NCBI GenBank assembly: GCA_963733295.1
Contig: CAVTCS010000003.1
Coordinates: forward strand, 1,088,001-1,152,000
Direction: 5' to 3'
Length of the DNA: 64,000 nt
From: Vulcanimicrobiota bacterium
GTDB lineage: Bacteria; Vulcanimicrobiota; Vulcanimicrobiia; Vulcanimicrobiales; Vulcanimicrobiaceae
Below are positions 9,217 through 18,239 of the stretch, piece after piece. The notes below the pieces were generated by a model. That model searched no databases and was not told the origin of the DNA. It saw nothing but the letters and a program-made list of their open reading frames with translations. The position numbers were made by a program, and so were the translations under genes. The number at the start of each line of letters is the position of its first letter. Within the stretch, counting starts at the first letter, position 1.

Positions 9217-10058
9217 GCCGTGCGCCGTTCCAGCGCGGCGTCGCGCGCACGCTCGGGGTTCGTACCGAGTTCGAGCCATTGCGCGCTAACCTGAGCGCCG
9301 AAGAGAAAAATCGTTCCCATATAGTAAAACCAAATCAAGAGCAGAGCGAGTGCTGCGAGCGTACCGTAGACCTTCGAATAGTCGACGTGCGTCGAGTAGA
9401 TGGCGAATGCGATCTGCGCCGCCTCCCAAAGAAGCGTGGTGACGAGCGCCCCCGGAACGCCAAACCAAATTCCGACTCGGCGATTTGGGAGATAGTTATA
9501 GATGAGCCACGTGACGACGAAGACGAGAACGATGGAGACCCCGTAGCCGGCAAGTTGCGTTCCGAGCGCCGAGGTCGGAAAACCACCGTACTCCACGACG
9601 AACGATATCACGAGCGGTATCGCCGTGGCGACGACGAGGAGCGCGGCGAGTATCGGCAACGTGACGATCGCTACCACGATGTCCTTTACGAGCGGGCGGC
9701 CTTGCGGTACGCCGAGGGAGCGATCCAGCGCGTATGCGAGCGTCTGAAAGAGATTCTTGCCCGACCAGATCAGCGCCACGACGGCCAGCAGCCCCGAGAG
9801 GCTCCGATTGGCAACGATATGTTGCAGGTTCGACAGCACGACGCCGCGCACGCCCGGCGCGACGTCTTTGAGCAACGCGACCGCGTGCTGCGGGCCGATG
9901 GTGTCGCCGTACACGAAGCCGAGGACCGCGAATGCGAGCATGAGGAGCGGAAAGACGGCGAAGACCGCGTTGAAGGCGATCGCCTGCGCCAGCATCGCGC
10001 AACCGTCCTGTGAGAAGCGGAGTCCGGCGGCCCGGAACACCTCGATAAGTCGTCGCAT
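9213..10058 (-). CDS. YihY/virulence factor BrkB family membrane protein
   Basis: AxAIAFNAVFAVFP, YNYLPN, YGTLAAL..LLIWFY. Confidence 0.88.
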   Translation of the reverse strand: MRRLIEVFRAAGLRFSQDGCAMLAQAIAFNAVFAVFPLLMLAFAVLGFVYGDTIGPQHAVALLKDVAPGVRGVVLSNLQHIVANRSLSGLLAVVALIWSGKNLFQTLAYALDRSLGVPQGRPLVKDIVVAIVTLPILAALLVVATAIPLVISFVVEYGGFPTSALGTQLAGYGVSIVLVFVVTWLIYNYLPNRRVGIWFGVPGALVTTLLWEAAQIAFAIYSTHVDYSKVYGTLAALALLLIWFYYMGTIFLFGAQVSAQWLELGTNPERARDAALERRTA

Positions 10059-10073
10059 TAATCCATACTGCTC

Positions 10074-10592
10074 ATGATCTCAGCGCTCGTCGTCACCGTC
10101 TTGATCGACGGCTCCCTGGTCGCAACTTCGATGCCGGCGACGCTCGCCGCCGGTACGATTGCCGCTCCCGTCGACCCGTTTCTCCGCCTGATCGCGCGCC
10201 GGATCACGGTCGACACCGAGCACGGTCGTATAACGTTCGAAAGGGACGGCCGGTGCCTCACCGTCGCCCTCGGCTCGCGAGCGGCCCAGGCCGGCCGGTC
10301 GAGCCGGGCGCTTCCCATCGCTCCCTACGTGCGCGACGGCCGCGTCATAATCCCGCTCGCGGCCACCGCGCGCGCGCTTGGAGCCGCGGTGAGCTATGAC
10401 GCGCAAAACCGGCGGGTGGAGATCCAACTGCCTGCTCCACCGCCTCTCGCGAGCGCGTCGCCCGACCGCAGTTGGACTCCGCCTCCCCCGACACCCGTGA
10501 ATCCGACGCCACGTCCGGTCCCTTCGGCTGCACTTTCGAGCGGCGTACCGCGCCCGCGGCGAACGCCGATCTTACTCCGCTCGAACGACTGA
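10074..10592 (+). CDS. Copper amine oxidase N-terminal (stalk) domain protein
   Basis: APYVRDGRVIIPL..ARALGAAVSYD motif; Pro-rich tail. Confidence 0.75.
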   Translation: MISALVVTVLIDGSLVATSMPATLAAGTIAAPVDPFLRLIARRITVDTEHGRITFERDGRCLTVALGSRAAQAGRSSRALPIAPYVRDGRVIIPLAATARALGAAVSYDAQNRRVEIQLPAPPPLASASPDRSWTPPPPTPVNPTPRPVPSAALSSGVPRPRRTPILLRSND

Positions 10593-10913
10593 ATCGATCC
10601 AGCGGAAATAGGCGCTACTGCCGGCAACGATCGGCAGCGCGATGATTTCCGGCGTCTCGTACGGGTGCATGGCCGCGATGCGCTGCTCGAGCCGGCTATA
10701 TGCGGAGGCCGTCGTCTTTAGGACGCAGGCCCACTCGTCGGCCGTTTCGAGCGCACCCTTCCAATGATACTGGCTTCGGAACGGGCCTTCGATTCGCGCG
10801 CAAGCGGCGAGCCCGCTCGCGAGCGCGTCGTTTGCAATGCGCTCGGCGTCCTCGCGCCGTTCGAGGGTCGTCGTTACTTGAAGATAGTCCGTGGGTTTTT
10901 CGGAAACTGACAT
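10572..10913 (-). CDS. cutA: Divalent-cation tolerance protein CutA
   Basis: LAACA, SQYHWKG, HPYETPEIIALP. Confidence 0.92.
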   Translation of the reverse strand: MSVSEKPTDYLQVTTTLERREDAERIANDALASGLAACARIEGPFRSQYHWKGALETADEWACVLKTTASAYSRLEQRIAAMHPYETPEIIALPIVAGSSAYFRWIDSVVRAE

Positions 10914-10925
10914 AGACGCGGGCGA

Positions 10926-12956
10926 TTACTTTTCGGGGGTCGGCGTCGGTTTATGCGGCTGCGGCGGATGCTGCGGCTGCGGTGCGGGCGGACGCGTATG
11001 CGGCGCCATGGGCACGGCGGTGTGCGGAACGTACGCGGGCGGTGCAGGGCGTGGTACGGACGCCGGCGGCGCAGTACGCGGAACGTATGCCGGTGCAGCC
11101 GTGTGCGGAACGTACGCCGGCGGCGCAGTGCGCGGAACGTAAGCCGGTGCAGCCGTGTGCGGAGCGTACGCCGGTGGAGCGGTGCGCGGAACGATCGCCG
11201 GGGCGGCGGTGTGCGGGACGTAGACCGGGGGCGCCGTGCGGCTTTGGCCTCCGGGCGCAATTGGGTGGCTGGGTGTGGCGAAGCGGTTCCACGGACTCGC
11301 GGGCTGAGGCGGCGCGCTGGGATGCAACGTCTGCGGTCGCGGCGCGACCGTGGGCGCTGCCGGACGCGGCAGACCGCTGGGCGGGGTGGGGCGCACGACG
11401 GTGCCGGGCTCGACGGGTCGCGGCGTGACGACGCCGGGCTCGATGGGTCGCGGCGCGTTCCCTGGCCGGGCCGCCGGAGGGGGCGTCACTGCACCCGGGA
11501 TGACGGTATGCGGATACACTTTTTGCGTCACCGTCGTCACCTGCCGTCGCTCTTGCGTGAAGGTCTGCACCGGGGGCGGTGTCGCGGTGAATCCGTGAAA
11601 GAGCGTCGGATTCGGTGGACGCGCGACGGCGGCTGCCGGTACGGGGCGCGTCGTATAGCGGAGATTCTGCGTCGTCGGTACGATCGGAACCGTCGAGGTG
11701 ATGAGATGCGCGCTATGAATCTGCGCCGGTGCGACCCGAATCGGATGGGTGAAGACGCCCTGATTGAAGTGCTGCGTCGACACAGCAGTGACGCCGCCAG
11801 TGATCTTCGCGTTACGATAAACGTTCGTGATATTCGTGACGTTCGTGACGTTGGTGACGTTCGTAATGTTCGTCACGTTGGTGTTGTTGTATCCGCTGCC
11901 CCACCAGGGATGGTAGGGTTCGTTCGGTGCGAGCGGGACCCAACCGATGTTTCCGAATCCGGAGCCTACGCTGACCGCGCCGAAGCCGATGAAAACCACG
12001 AGTGCGGGTTGCCAGACCGGAGGCGAGGTCGCGGGCGGACCGGGATACCAGCACCAACCTGTTCCGGCAACGTAAAACCAGCGCCCGTAATGGTACGGAG
12101 CCCAGCCCCAGGATTCGGAACTGACCCACGTCCAGCCGTAGTAGGGCTGCCAGACCCAGCTCCCGGCACTATACGGCGCCCAGCCTGCCGGCTCGTTCGG
12201 CGTCCAAACTTGGCCGTATTGCGGGTAGTCGATCCAGCGTCCGGACGAATAGAGGTCGTAGCTTCCGACGATCTGACCGGCGTAGTTCTGCGTGAACGCC
12301 CGAACGATCATCGCGTCACGCTGCGCGTTCCAGGCATCGAAGGAGTCGGGCGGAAGAGGCTCGCCGCTCGAAATTTGCGGATTCGAAGCGGGACCTGAGG
12401 CGTAGAGCGCCGTGCCGGGCGAAACGGTTTGAGTTCCCCCGGGCAAGAGAATCTGCGCTTGCCCAGCGCGAACCGTGACTTGCGTCGTACCGTCGCTCGT
12501 AACCGCAACGACGTAGCGGCCGTCAGCGCCGGAGCGGATGCCGATTGAGGGCGTGTCGATCTCGGGATTCGCGTCGGTTTGTCTCAGGACGCTAAGGTCG
12601 ACCGTCCCTTGGGCGAGTTGCACGACGTGATCGGTTGCGTCGAGGTTCACGAAGCGAATCTGCGTGTCGGGACCGACGCGCAGCAGGTCTGCGTAGTCGA
12701 GTTGGATTTCAGCGCGCGAGCTCGGGTCGGTCGATAGGTAGTCGCCGGGCATGAGGGGCGCGTTGATCGCGGCGGCGACGCTCTCGTTCGAGTCGGCGCG
12801 CTGGATAACGACGCCGTAGCCGTCCAGAACGCTGATCCGCGCAACGCCAGGGTTCTGCTCGTCGGCACGGGCAGGTCCGATGCCGGCTGCGCCGGCGAGA
12901 AGCGCCGTCAGCACGAACGTCGCTACGACACGACGCAAGACGTTCGGATCCACCAT
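10926..12956 (-). CDS. Secreted FecR-like/DUF6600 protein with Pro-rich repeat tail
   Basis: Signal peptide; WAPY..GSWVW..YYGWTWVS.E.WGWAPYHYGRW block; Pro-rich C-terminus. Confidence 0.8.
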   Translation of the reverse strand: MVDPNVLRRVVATFVLTALLAGAAGIGPARADEQNPGVARISVLDGYGVVIQRADSNESVAAAINAPLMPGDYLSTDPSSRAEIQLDYADLLRVGPDTQIRFVNLDATDHVVQLAQGTVDLSVLRQTDANPEIDTPSIGIRSGADGRYVVAVTSDGTTQVTVRAGQAQILLPGGTQTVSPGTALYASGPASNPQISSGEPLPPDSFDAWNAQRDAMIVRAFTQNYAGQIVGSYDLYSSGRWIDYPQYGQVWTPNEPAGWAPYSAGSWVWQPYYGWTWVSSESWGWAPYHYGRWFYVAGTGWCWYPGPPATSPPVWQPALVVFIGFGAVSVGSGFGNIGWVPLAPNEPYHPWWGSGYNNTNVTNITNVTNVTNVTNITNVYRNAKITGGVTAVSTQHFNQGVFTHPIRVAPAQIHSAHLITSTVPIVPTTQNLRYTTRPVPAAAVARPPNPTLFHGFTATPPPVQTFTQERRQVTTVTQKVYPHTVIPGAVTPPPAARPGNAPRPIEPGVVTPRPVEPGTVVRPTPPSGLPRPAAPTVAPRPQTLHPSAPPQPASPWNRFATPSHPIAPGGQSRTAPPVYVPHTAAPAIVPRTAPPAYAPHTAAPAYVPRTAPPAYVPHTAAPAYVPRTAPPASVPRPAPPAYVPHTAVPMAPHTRPPAPQPQHPPQPHKPTPTPEK
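11000..11225 (-). repeat. Coding tandem repeat, about 8 x 27 nt (alternating VPHTAAPAY / VPRTAPPAY)
   Basis: Visible in both DNA and translation. Confidence 0.85.
11822..11885 (-). repeat. 9-nt coding repeat (TNV/TNI x ~7)
   Basis: NTNVTNITNVTNVTNVTNITNV. Confidence 0.85.
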
Positions 12957-13118
12957 CGCTATGCTCCCAAAAAAATGAATGACGCTTACCTAACGAGGTA
13001 AATGGTCTATCGGTCGTGAGAAAGCGGTGAGGAACGGGAATCGCCGCCTGAATCGGTCTTTGGGGTCAGGCCGGCTTCGCCTTTGCGTCCGGGGCAGGTG
13101 TGTCGGGTGCGATTCGAG

Positions 13119-13988
13119 CTAGGAGCACTTCCCGACGTAGCCGCACTCCTGGAGGCACTGGATGCAGCCGCCCTGCGAGATCAAGTTGCCACCGCACTTG
13201 GGACACATGCCGACTCCCGCCAACATCGCCTTGCGAACGTTCGGCGTCGGAAGCGTCGTCAGGGATGAGAGCGATTGCAGCACTTGGCCGCCGTTGGCGT
13301 TTCCGCCACCGTTGCCCATCCCGGGGATACCCGCGATGAGGTCGATGGACTTTTCGTTGGCGTGATCTTCGGCTTCGTCTTCGGCCGACAGCGGAAACTG
13401 CGGCTCCGCGACGCTCACGAAGTGCGCTTCACCTCTGGGATTGACGTCGGCGAGCGGAAGGGCGAGGGCCAGCGCCTTCGCTAGACCTTGCGAAATGCCG
13501 TCGGCGCAAGACAAGGTGGTGGGGCCGCTCGCGTCGCGCATTTTGGGGTTGGGGCAGCGCATGCCCTCGAACTTCTCGATGAACTTCTGCGGATCGGCGC
13601 CGTAGCGCAGCCCGACCGACATCGCAACGCCGAGTGCCTCGAGGTACGACTGCTGACACGAGCCGCTCTTGCCAAGTTTGAAGAAGACCTCGAACGGCCG
13701 CCCCTGCTCGTCCTCATTCAGCGTGATGTAGAGCGGCCCGCACCCGACGTTGGTGTTGACGGTTCGGCCGCGCATGACCGGGGGACGCTGCCGGTATTCG
13801 GCGCCGCGCGTCGAGACCGGAACGTGTTCGCTCGCCGTCGCGCGCACGTCTTCGAGACGCCTGATGAGTTTGCTGACCGTTTGCGCGCAGGCTTGGTTTT
13901 GCGAACGCAGTTCCCGATTCTCGCCTTGCAGAAGTTCGACTCTCGCGATCAGCTCGGCGATGGTTTGTTTGACCTTGACTTCGTCCAT
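13119..13988 (-). CDS. nrdJb: Class II ribonucleotide reductase C-terminal subunit (TSCPD-type domain plus Cys-rich tail)
   Basis: GCGPLYITLN..PFEVF..GKSG, TLSCADGI, terminal CPKC...CIQC..ECGY.KC; starts 1 nt after the nrdJa stop. Confidence 0.85.
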   Translation of the reverse strand: MDEVKVKQTIAELIARVELLQGENRELRSQNQACAQTVSKLIRRLEDVRATASEHVPVSTRGAEYRQRPPVMRGRTVNTNVGCGPLYITLNEDEQGRPFEVFFKLGKSGSCQQSYLEALGVAMSVGLRYGADPQKFIEKFEGMRCPNPKMRDASGPTTLSCADGISQGLAKALALALPLADVNPRGEAHFVSVAEPQFPLSAEDEAEDHANEKSIDLIAGIPGMGNGGGNANGGQVLQSLSSLTTLPTPNVRKAMLAGVGMCPKCGGNLISQGGCIQCLQECGYVGKCS

Positions 13989-13989
13989 G

Positions 13990-16900
13990 TTAGCGTACCT
14001 CGAGGAGTGCTTTGGCCCTGGCTAAGAGAGCGTCGATATCGAGTTCGGCCATGCTCGACGCGGACTCGCCGGATGTGGCCGGGGTTGCGGGTTCGGGCGC
14101 AGCGACGTCGCGATTCACATCCTTGATGTCGCCCTCCTTTGAGAACGTCACGACCTGCTCGGTGCGCGAGCCGTCGCGGTAGTACGTGAAGCCCTTGCAG
14201 CCTGACTCGTACGCGCGGAAGATCGCGCGCGAGACGTTTTCTCTGGTGTCGTCGTTCGGTGCGTTGATCGTCTTGCTCACGGCGTTGCACGTGTATTTTT
14301 GAAACGCCGCCAACATGTCGATGTGTTGATCGACGGTAACGTCGGCCGACGTCGTGAAGACCTGCTGCCAGCGTTCGGGAACTTCGCCGAGCCCCTTGAC
14401 CGAACCGCGGTTCGTCTCGATCTTTCCGAGCAGCTCCTCCGAATAGAATCCCTCGTCTTTTGAAATTTCCTCGAAGAGCGGCACCACGTAGTACAGGTGT
14501 TGCGGGCGGCCTTCGGCATCTTTCATGACGTGCTTCGTATACGCCATTCCGAAGTACGGTTCGCAACCGAAGCTGCAGCCGGCGATCATCGAGATCGTTC
14601 CGGTCGGCGCGATCGACAAGAGCGCGGCGTTGCGGCGCGGGCGCGGATCCTTGGCCCACTTCGAGAGATGCTTGTTGGGAAAATCGCCGCGCTCGCGCGC
14701 CAGCAACTCGCTCGTCTCTTCGGCGCGCTGCTGGATGAACTTCATCAGCTTGGCCGCAAACTCGATCGCCTCCGGCGAGCCGTAGGCCGTCTCCATTTGA
14801 ATGAGCAGGTCGGCAAAGCCCATGATTCCCAGACCGACGCGACGGTTGTTGGTGACCATCTCGCGGATCTCGTCCAACGGGTAAATATTCGCGTCGATGA
14901 CGTTGTCGAGGAAGCGGATCGAAAGCGCAACCGTTTGCGCAAGGCGCTCCCAGTCGACGTCCTTCGCCTGTGCGTCGTAGTATTGCCCGACGTTGATCGA
15001 GCCTAAGTTGCAAGAATCCCATCCATGCAAGCTTTGCTCGCCGCAATTTCGGGAATTTACATATATGTGCTTCTTGCGACCGGCCTTTGTTTGGGCTTCG
15101 AATCCTCCGCAGTAGAAATTGTGGAAGTTATCGACCGTCCCGTTATAGACGTCCTCGAAACCGTCGAGCTCGACGGACAGAACGCGATGGTTAAAGACGC
15201 TTGCGGCTTCTTGCAGTTCCGAATAACTGCGGAAGGGACTGCTTTCGCGCGAGATCTCTACGGAAATTCCGCGAGCTTTGCACGCATCGGCCCAATCTCG
15301 TTTGAGGACGATCGGTTGGCTCGTCTTCAACTCCGTATACACGTCGAGCTGCTTCTCGCGAAGCTCCGCTTTCATCTTATCGAGCGTGATCCGGCGTGCA
15401 GCATGGCGGCGAACGTTGATGTTAGGGTCGCTGTTGAGCTTCCGCAGATTACACGCTTGCGAGCAGTAACCGATCTCGCGATCGACGTAGCGAACGGAAA
15501 ACTCGTCCTTACAGACCTCGCAGATTTTATAGACGAAGAGCAAGCCGGCAGCAATCTCGGCTTCGTAGCCTTGAGCGATCGCTTCCTCAAAATGGCGGAC
15601 GACTCGCGGATCGACGCTCTCCAGCCCGGGACGTAACCCGAGCTGCTGACACGCCCATTTCGCAAGGCCGCGCACTCCGCCATTGAGGTTGTCACGTCGC
15701 CACCCGCTGAACTGCTGGGGCAGTGATCTCTCAACTGCGAACGCAGCCCACTCGTCTTCCGAGAAGCGTCTCCCAAGCGTGGTCGCTAGCTCGAGCGCGG
15801 CCTCCCGGACGTCATCGTTGCTCCAGCCGGAGAAACGTGCGTTGTTTTCGCCGGTGTTATTTTGCGAATGTTTGGCACGATAGGCTTCCCAACGCTCCGC
15901 GCTCCAATCAGTTTGCGCCCGCCGCATCGGATTCAAATCGCCGAGCATTTCTTCCGCATGATGCCGGTCGTGGTCGGCCTTGCTCATGACCTGGAGATTA
16001 CCGGGCACGTTGTTTTGAGCATTCCGGTCCTTGTGGTGAACGACGTGTCCGCGGGGCACGGGTTTGCTATCGAAGAACTCGGCGATTAGGCGATGCTCGG
16101 CGCGGACGGTATGGCCGCCAAGGGTCAACCACCAATAGTTTTGTTTTGAATGGCCTCCCGCATTCGCAAGCACGTCGACGACCGGCGCCTCGAATTTGGT
16201 CATGATGGCGAGACTATCGCCCGCGCGTAGCTCGCGAACTTCCTTGTACTCGCCTTGACGCAAACGGAACTTATGGTTCGTAGTCGCGCGGATCGTCGAG
16301 TGGTCGTCGAGCGTAATCTTGTAGACCGGCAACTTCTCGCCGGTCTTACGCGGGTGTCGCATCGTGCGAACCGTCAACTTGCCGCCATCATCCGCCGTAT
16401 AAACCGGAACGTCCAAACCGGAGGCAGCGAGCTCATCGATGCGCACGTGACCGCGACCGTCCGCTACGGCAACCAGCGTGTCACCCGTTACGCACGGATT
16501 TGTTGCTTGAATGGGTCCCAAGCCTGGAAGCGGATTCCACTCGGGATGATCTAGGAAGAGCACACCGGGCTCGCCGTTCTGCCACGCGCCCTCGACGATG
16601 CCCGCCCAAATCTCTTTTGCCCGAACCGTTCGGACGACTTCTTTGCTGCGTGGATCGATCAGATCGATCGTGCCATCGTTCTTGACAGCGTTCATGAACG
16701 CATCGGTGACACCGATCGAGATGTTGAAGTTGCTGATCTGCGTTTGCAGCAGTTCTTGCTTGAGGTGCGCGAGTTCGTCGACGGTGTAGCGGCCCGTGTC
16801 GGAAAGCCTGTTCCAGAGCGCTCGATTCTCCGAGTCGAGTTCTTTCTTGCATGTCATGAACTCGAAGACGTCGGGATGATCGACGCGTAGCACGCCCATG

Positions 16901-17457
16901 TTGGCGCCGCGCCGCACGCCGCCTTGTTTGATCGAATCGGTAGCCGCGTTAAAGACCTTCATGAACGACACCGGACCCGACGCATCCCGTCCGGTGCTCT
17001 GCACTTCCGCACCCTTATGCCGAAGGTCCGAAAACGCAAATCCCGTACCTCCTCCGCTTTTTTGGATCTGTGCCATCGCTTTGACACTGTAGAAGATGCC
17101 GTCGATCGAATCGGGCACGGGCAGCACGAAACAGGCTGAGAGCATCGACAGCGGGCGTCCGGCGTTGACGAGGCAGGGCGTGTTCGGCATGAAATCGCGC
17201 CGCGCCAGCATGTCGTAGAACGCGTGACTCACGCCCGCCGCAACTGCTTCCGGATCGCGCCCGAGCCGGGTCGCATAGGGCCGTTCGGGCTCGGCGATCG
17301 CGGAGGCGACCCGCCACAAAAATTCGGTCGGCGTCTCGAGCGAACCGTCGGCTTTCTTGGCCAGGTAGCGCTCCTTGAGGACGCGCATGGCGTTACCGTC
17401 GAAGGCGGGCTCGGCGAGATCGTTCGGGAGGGAGGCGGAGTCGGAAGCCTCGGACAT
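13990..17457 (-). CDS. nrdJa: Adenosylcobalamin-dependent ribonucleotide reductase catalytic subunit, intein-containing
   Basis: FMPNTP, LSACFV, GGGTG, RRGANMG, TNP/CGEQ, SCNLGSIN, IAPTGTIS, KGFTYYRDGSR. Confidence 0.95.
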   Translation of the reverse strand: MSEASDSASLPNDLAEPAFDGNAMRVLKERYLAKKADGSLETPTEFLWRVASAIAEPERPYATRLGRDPEAVAAGVSHAFYDMLARRDFMPNTPCLVNAGRPLSMLSACFVLPVPDSIDGIFYSVKAMAQIQKSGGGTGFAFSDLRHKGAEVQSTGRDASGPVSFMKVFNAATDSIKQGGVRRGANMGVLRVDHPDVFEFMTCKKELDSENRALWNRLSDTGRYTVDELAHLKQELLQTQISNFNISIGVTDAFMNAVKNDGTIDLIDPRSKEVVRTVRAKEIWAGIVEGAWQNGEPGVLFLDHPEWNPLPGLGPIQATNPCVTGDTLVAVADGRGHVRIDELAASGLDVPVYTADDGGKLTVRTMRHPRKTGEKLPVYKITLDDHSTIRATTNHKFRLRQGEYKEVRELRAGDSLAIMTKFEAPVVDVLANAGGHSKQNYWWLTLGGHTVRAEHRLIAEFFDSKPVPRGHVVHHKDRNAQNNVPGNLQVMSKADHDRHHAEEMLGDLNPMRRAQTDWSAERWEAYRAKHSQNNTGENNARFSGWSNDDVREAALELATTLGRRFSEDEWAAFAVERSLPQQFSGWRRDNLNGGVRGLAKWACQQLGLRPGLESVDPRVVRHFEEAIAQGYEAEIAAGLLFVYKICEVCKDEFSVRYVDREIGYCSQACNLRKLNSDPNINVRRHAARRITLDKMKAELREKQLDVYTELKTSQPIVLKRDWADACKARGISVEISRESSPFRSYSELQEAASVFNHRVLSVELDGFEDVYNGTVDNFHNFYCGGFEAQTKAGRKKHIYVNSRNCGEQSLHGWDSCNLGSINVGQYYDAQAKDVDWERLAQTVALSIRFLDNVIDANIYPLDEIREMVTNNRRVGLGIMGFADLLIQMETAYGSPEAIEFAAKLMKFIQQRAEETSELLARERGDFPNKHLSKWAKDPRPRRNAALLSIAPTGTISMIAGCSFGCEPYFGMAYTKHVMKDAEGRPQHLYYVVPLFEEISKDEGFYSEELLGKIETNRGSVKGLGEVPERWQQVFTTSADVTVDQHIDMLAAFQKYTCNAVSKTINAPNDDTRENVSRAIFRAYESGCKGFTYYRDGSRTEQVVTFSKEGDIKDVNRDVAAPEPATPATSGESASSMAELDIDALLARAKALLEVR
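15046..16494 (-). mobile_element. Intein (483 aa) with HNH homing endonuclease, inserted at the NP/CGE (RIR1-b type) site
   Basis: Block A CVTGDTLV, block B ATTNHKF, HNH HRLIAE...VVHHKDRNAQNN..NL, block F DVYNGTV..FHNF, ends SRN before the +1 Cys. Confidence 0.93.
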
Positions 17458-17500
17458 TCAAGGAACCTCCATCAGGGATACCCGCGATTCGAGAGACACT

Positions 17501-17520
17501 TATCGAACACCTGTTCGATA
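17501..17520. promoter_or_regulatory. LexA/SOS box (Gram-positive/actinobacterial type CGAAC-N4-GTTCG)
   Basis: Perfect palindrome TATCGAAC-ACCT-GTTCGATA, 44 nt upstream of nrdJa. Confidence 0.75.
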
Positions 17521-17542
17521 GAACAGGTCCGTCGGACGCTTG

Positions 17543-17590
17543 GTACGGTATATTGTACATCTCCCGAGCTAGAGACACAAGATATAGTTG
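17543..17590. promoter_or_regulatory. Tandem NrdR boxes
   Basis: GTACGGTATATTGTAC (17543) and ACACAAGATATAGTTG (17575), 32 nt apart, upstream of an RNR gene. Confidence 0.8.
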
Positions 17591-17619
17591 TGTGCTCGGG
17601 GTAATCCTTGGGGGTGGCA

Positions 17620-17713
17620 TGTGGATACGTCGTGGAGAACCCCAGTTTTCTGTGTGGCGGCAGTGCACAATGCTTCCCGGTGCGGGTCGCTTTGGGGAGA
17701 AGTTCGAGGATAG
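17620..17713. promoter_or_regulatory. Cluster of degenerate DnaA-box-like 9-mers
   Basis: TGTGGATAC (8/9 to TGTGGATAA), CGTGGAGAA and TGGGGAGAA, all in the same orientation. Confidence 0.4.
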
Positions 17714-17720
17714 CGGGGAA

Positions 17721-18239
17721 ATGAGGGGCAACGCTGGGTCGGTGCTCAGACCCGACCACTTTGCCGACCGGCTTACGAGCGTATCGCTCGAGGATCTCGC
17801 GGCAGCCGGCATCGAGGGCCTCATCGTCGACCTCGACAACACGCTCGTTGGCTACGGCAGGTCCGGGCTCGAGGCCGACGACGCGGCCTGGATCGCCGCC
17901 GCGCGCGCGGGCGGCTTGAAGATTTGCCTCGTCTCGAACAATTTCACGGGCCGGGTAACTCAGATCGCCGCCCAGCTCGGAGTTCCGTCGGTGCCGAGTG
18001 CGCTGAAGCCGCTCCCGCGAGGCTTTTTGAAAGCGCTCGAGCTACTTGGGACGCCGAAGCATCGCACGCTTGTCGTCGGCGATCAGCTGTTCACCGACGT
18101 CTTGGGTGCACGCCTCGCGGGCATGGGCTGCATCTTGACGCGCCCGCTCGTCGCCAAGGACTGGTTGGGGACGCGGATCCTGCGTCTGCTCGAACGTCTC
18201 GTGCTCGGGAAGCGCTCGTCCTCGGGATTCTTTCCCTGA
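17721..18239 (+). CDS. yqeG: YqeG family HAD IIIA phosphatase
   Basis: DLDNTL, VSNN, KP, VGDQLFTDVLG. Confidence 0.9.
   Translation: MRGNAGSVLRPDHFADRLTSVSLEDLAAAGIEGLIVDLDNTLVGYGRSGLEADDAAWIAAARAGGLKICLVSNNFTGRVTQIAAQLGVPSVPSALKPLPRGFLKALELLGTPKHRTLVVGDQLFTDVLGARLAGMGCILTRPLVAKDWLGTRILRLLERLVLGKRSSSGFFP

Noticed and set aside
11000..11225. Tandem repeats as a CRISPR array
   Set aside because: In-frame coding repeats without unique spacers; no cas genes in the window
17620..17713. Replication origin (oriC)
   Set aside because: Only a few degenerate DnaA-like boxes, no AT-rich unwinding element and no dnaA/dnaN context
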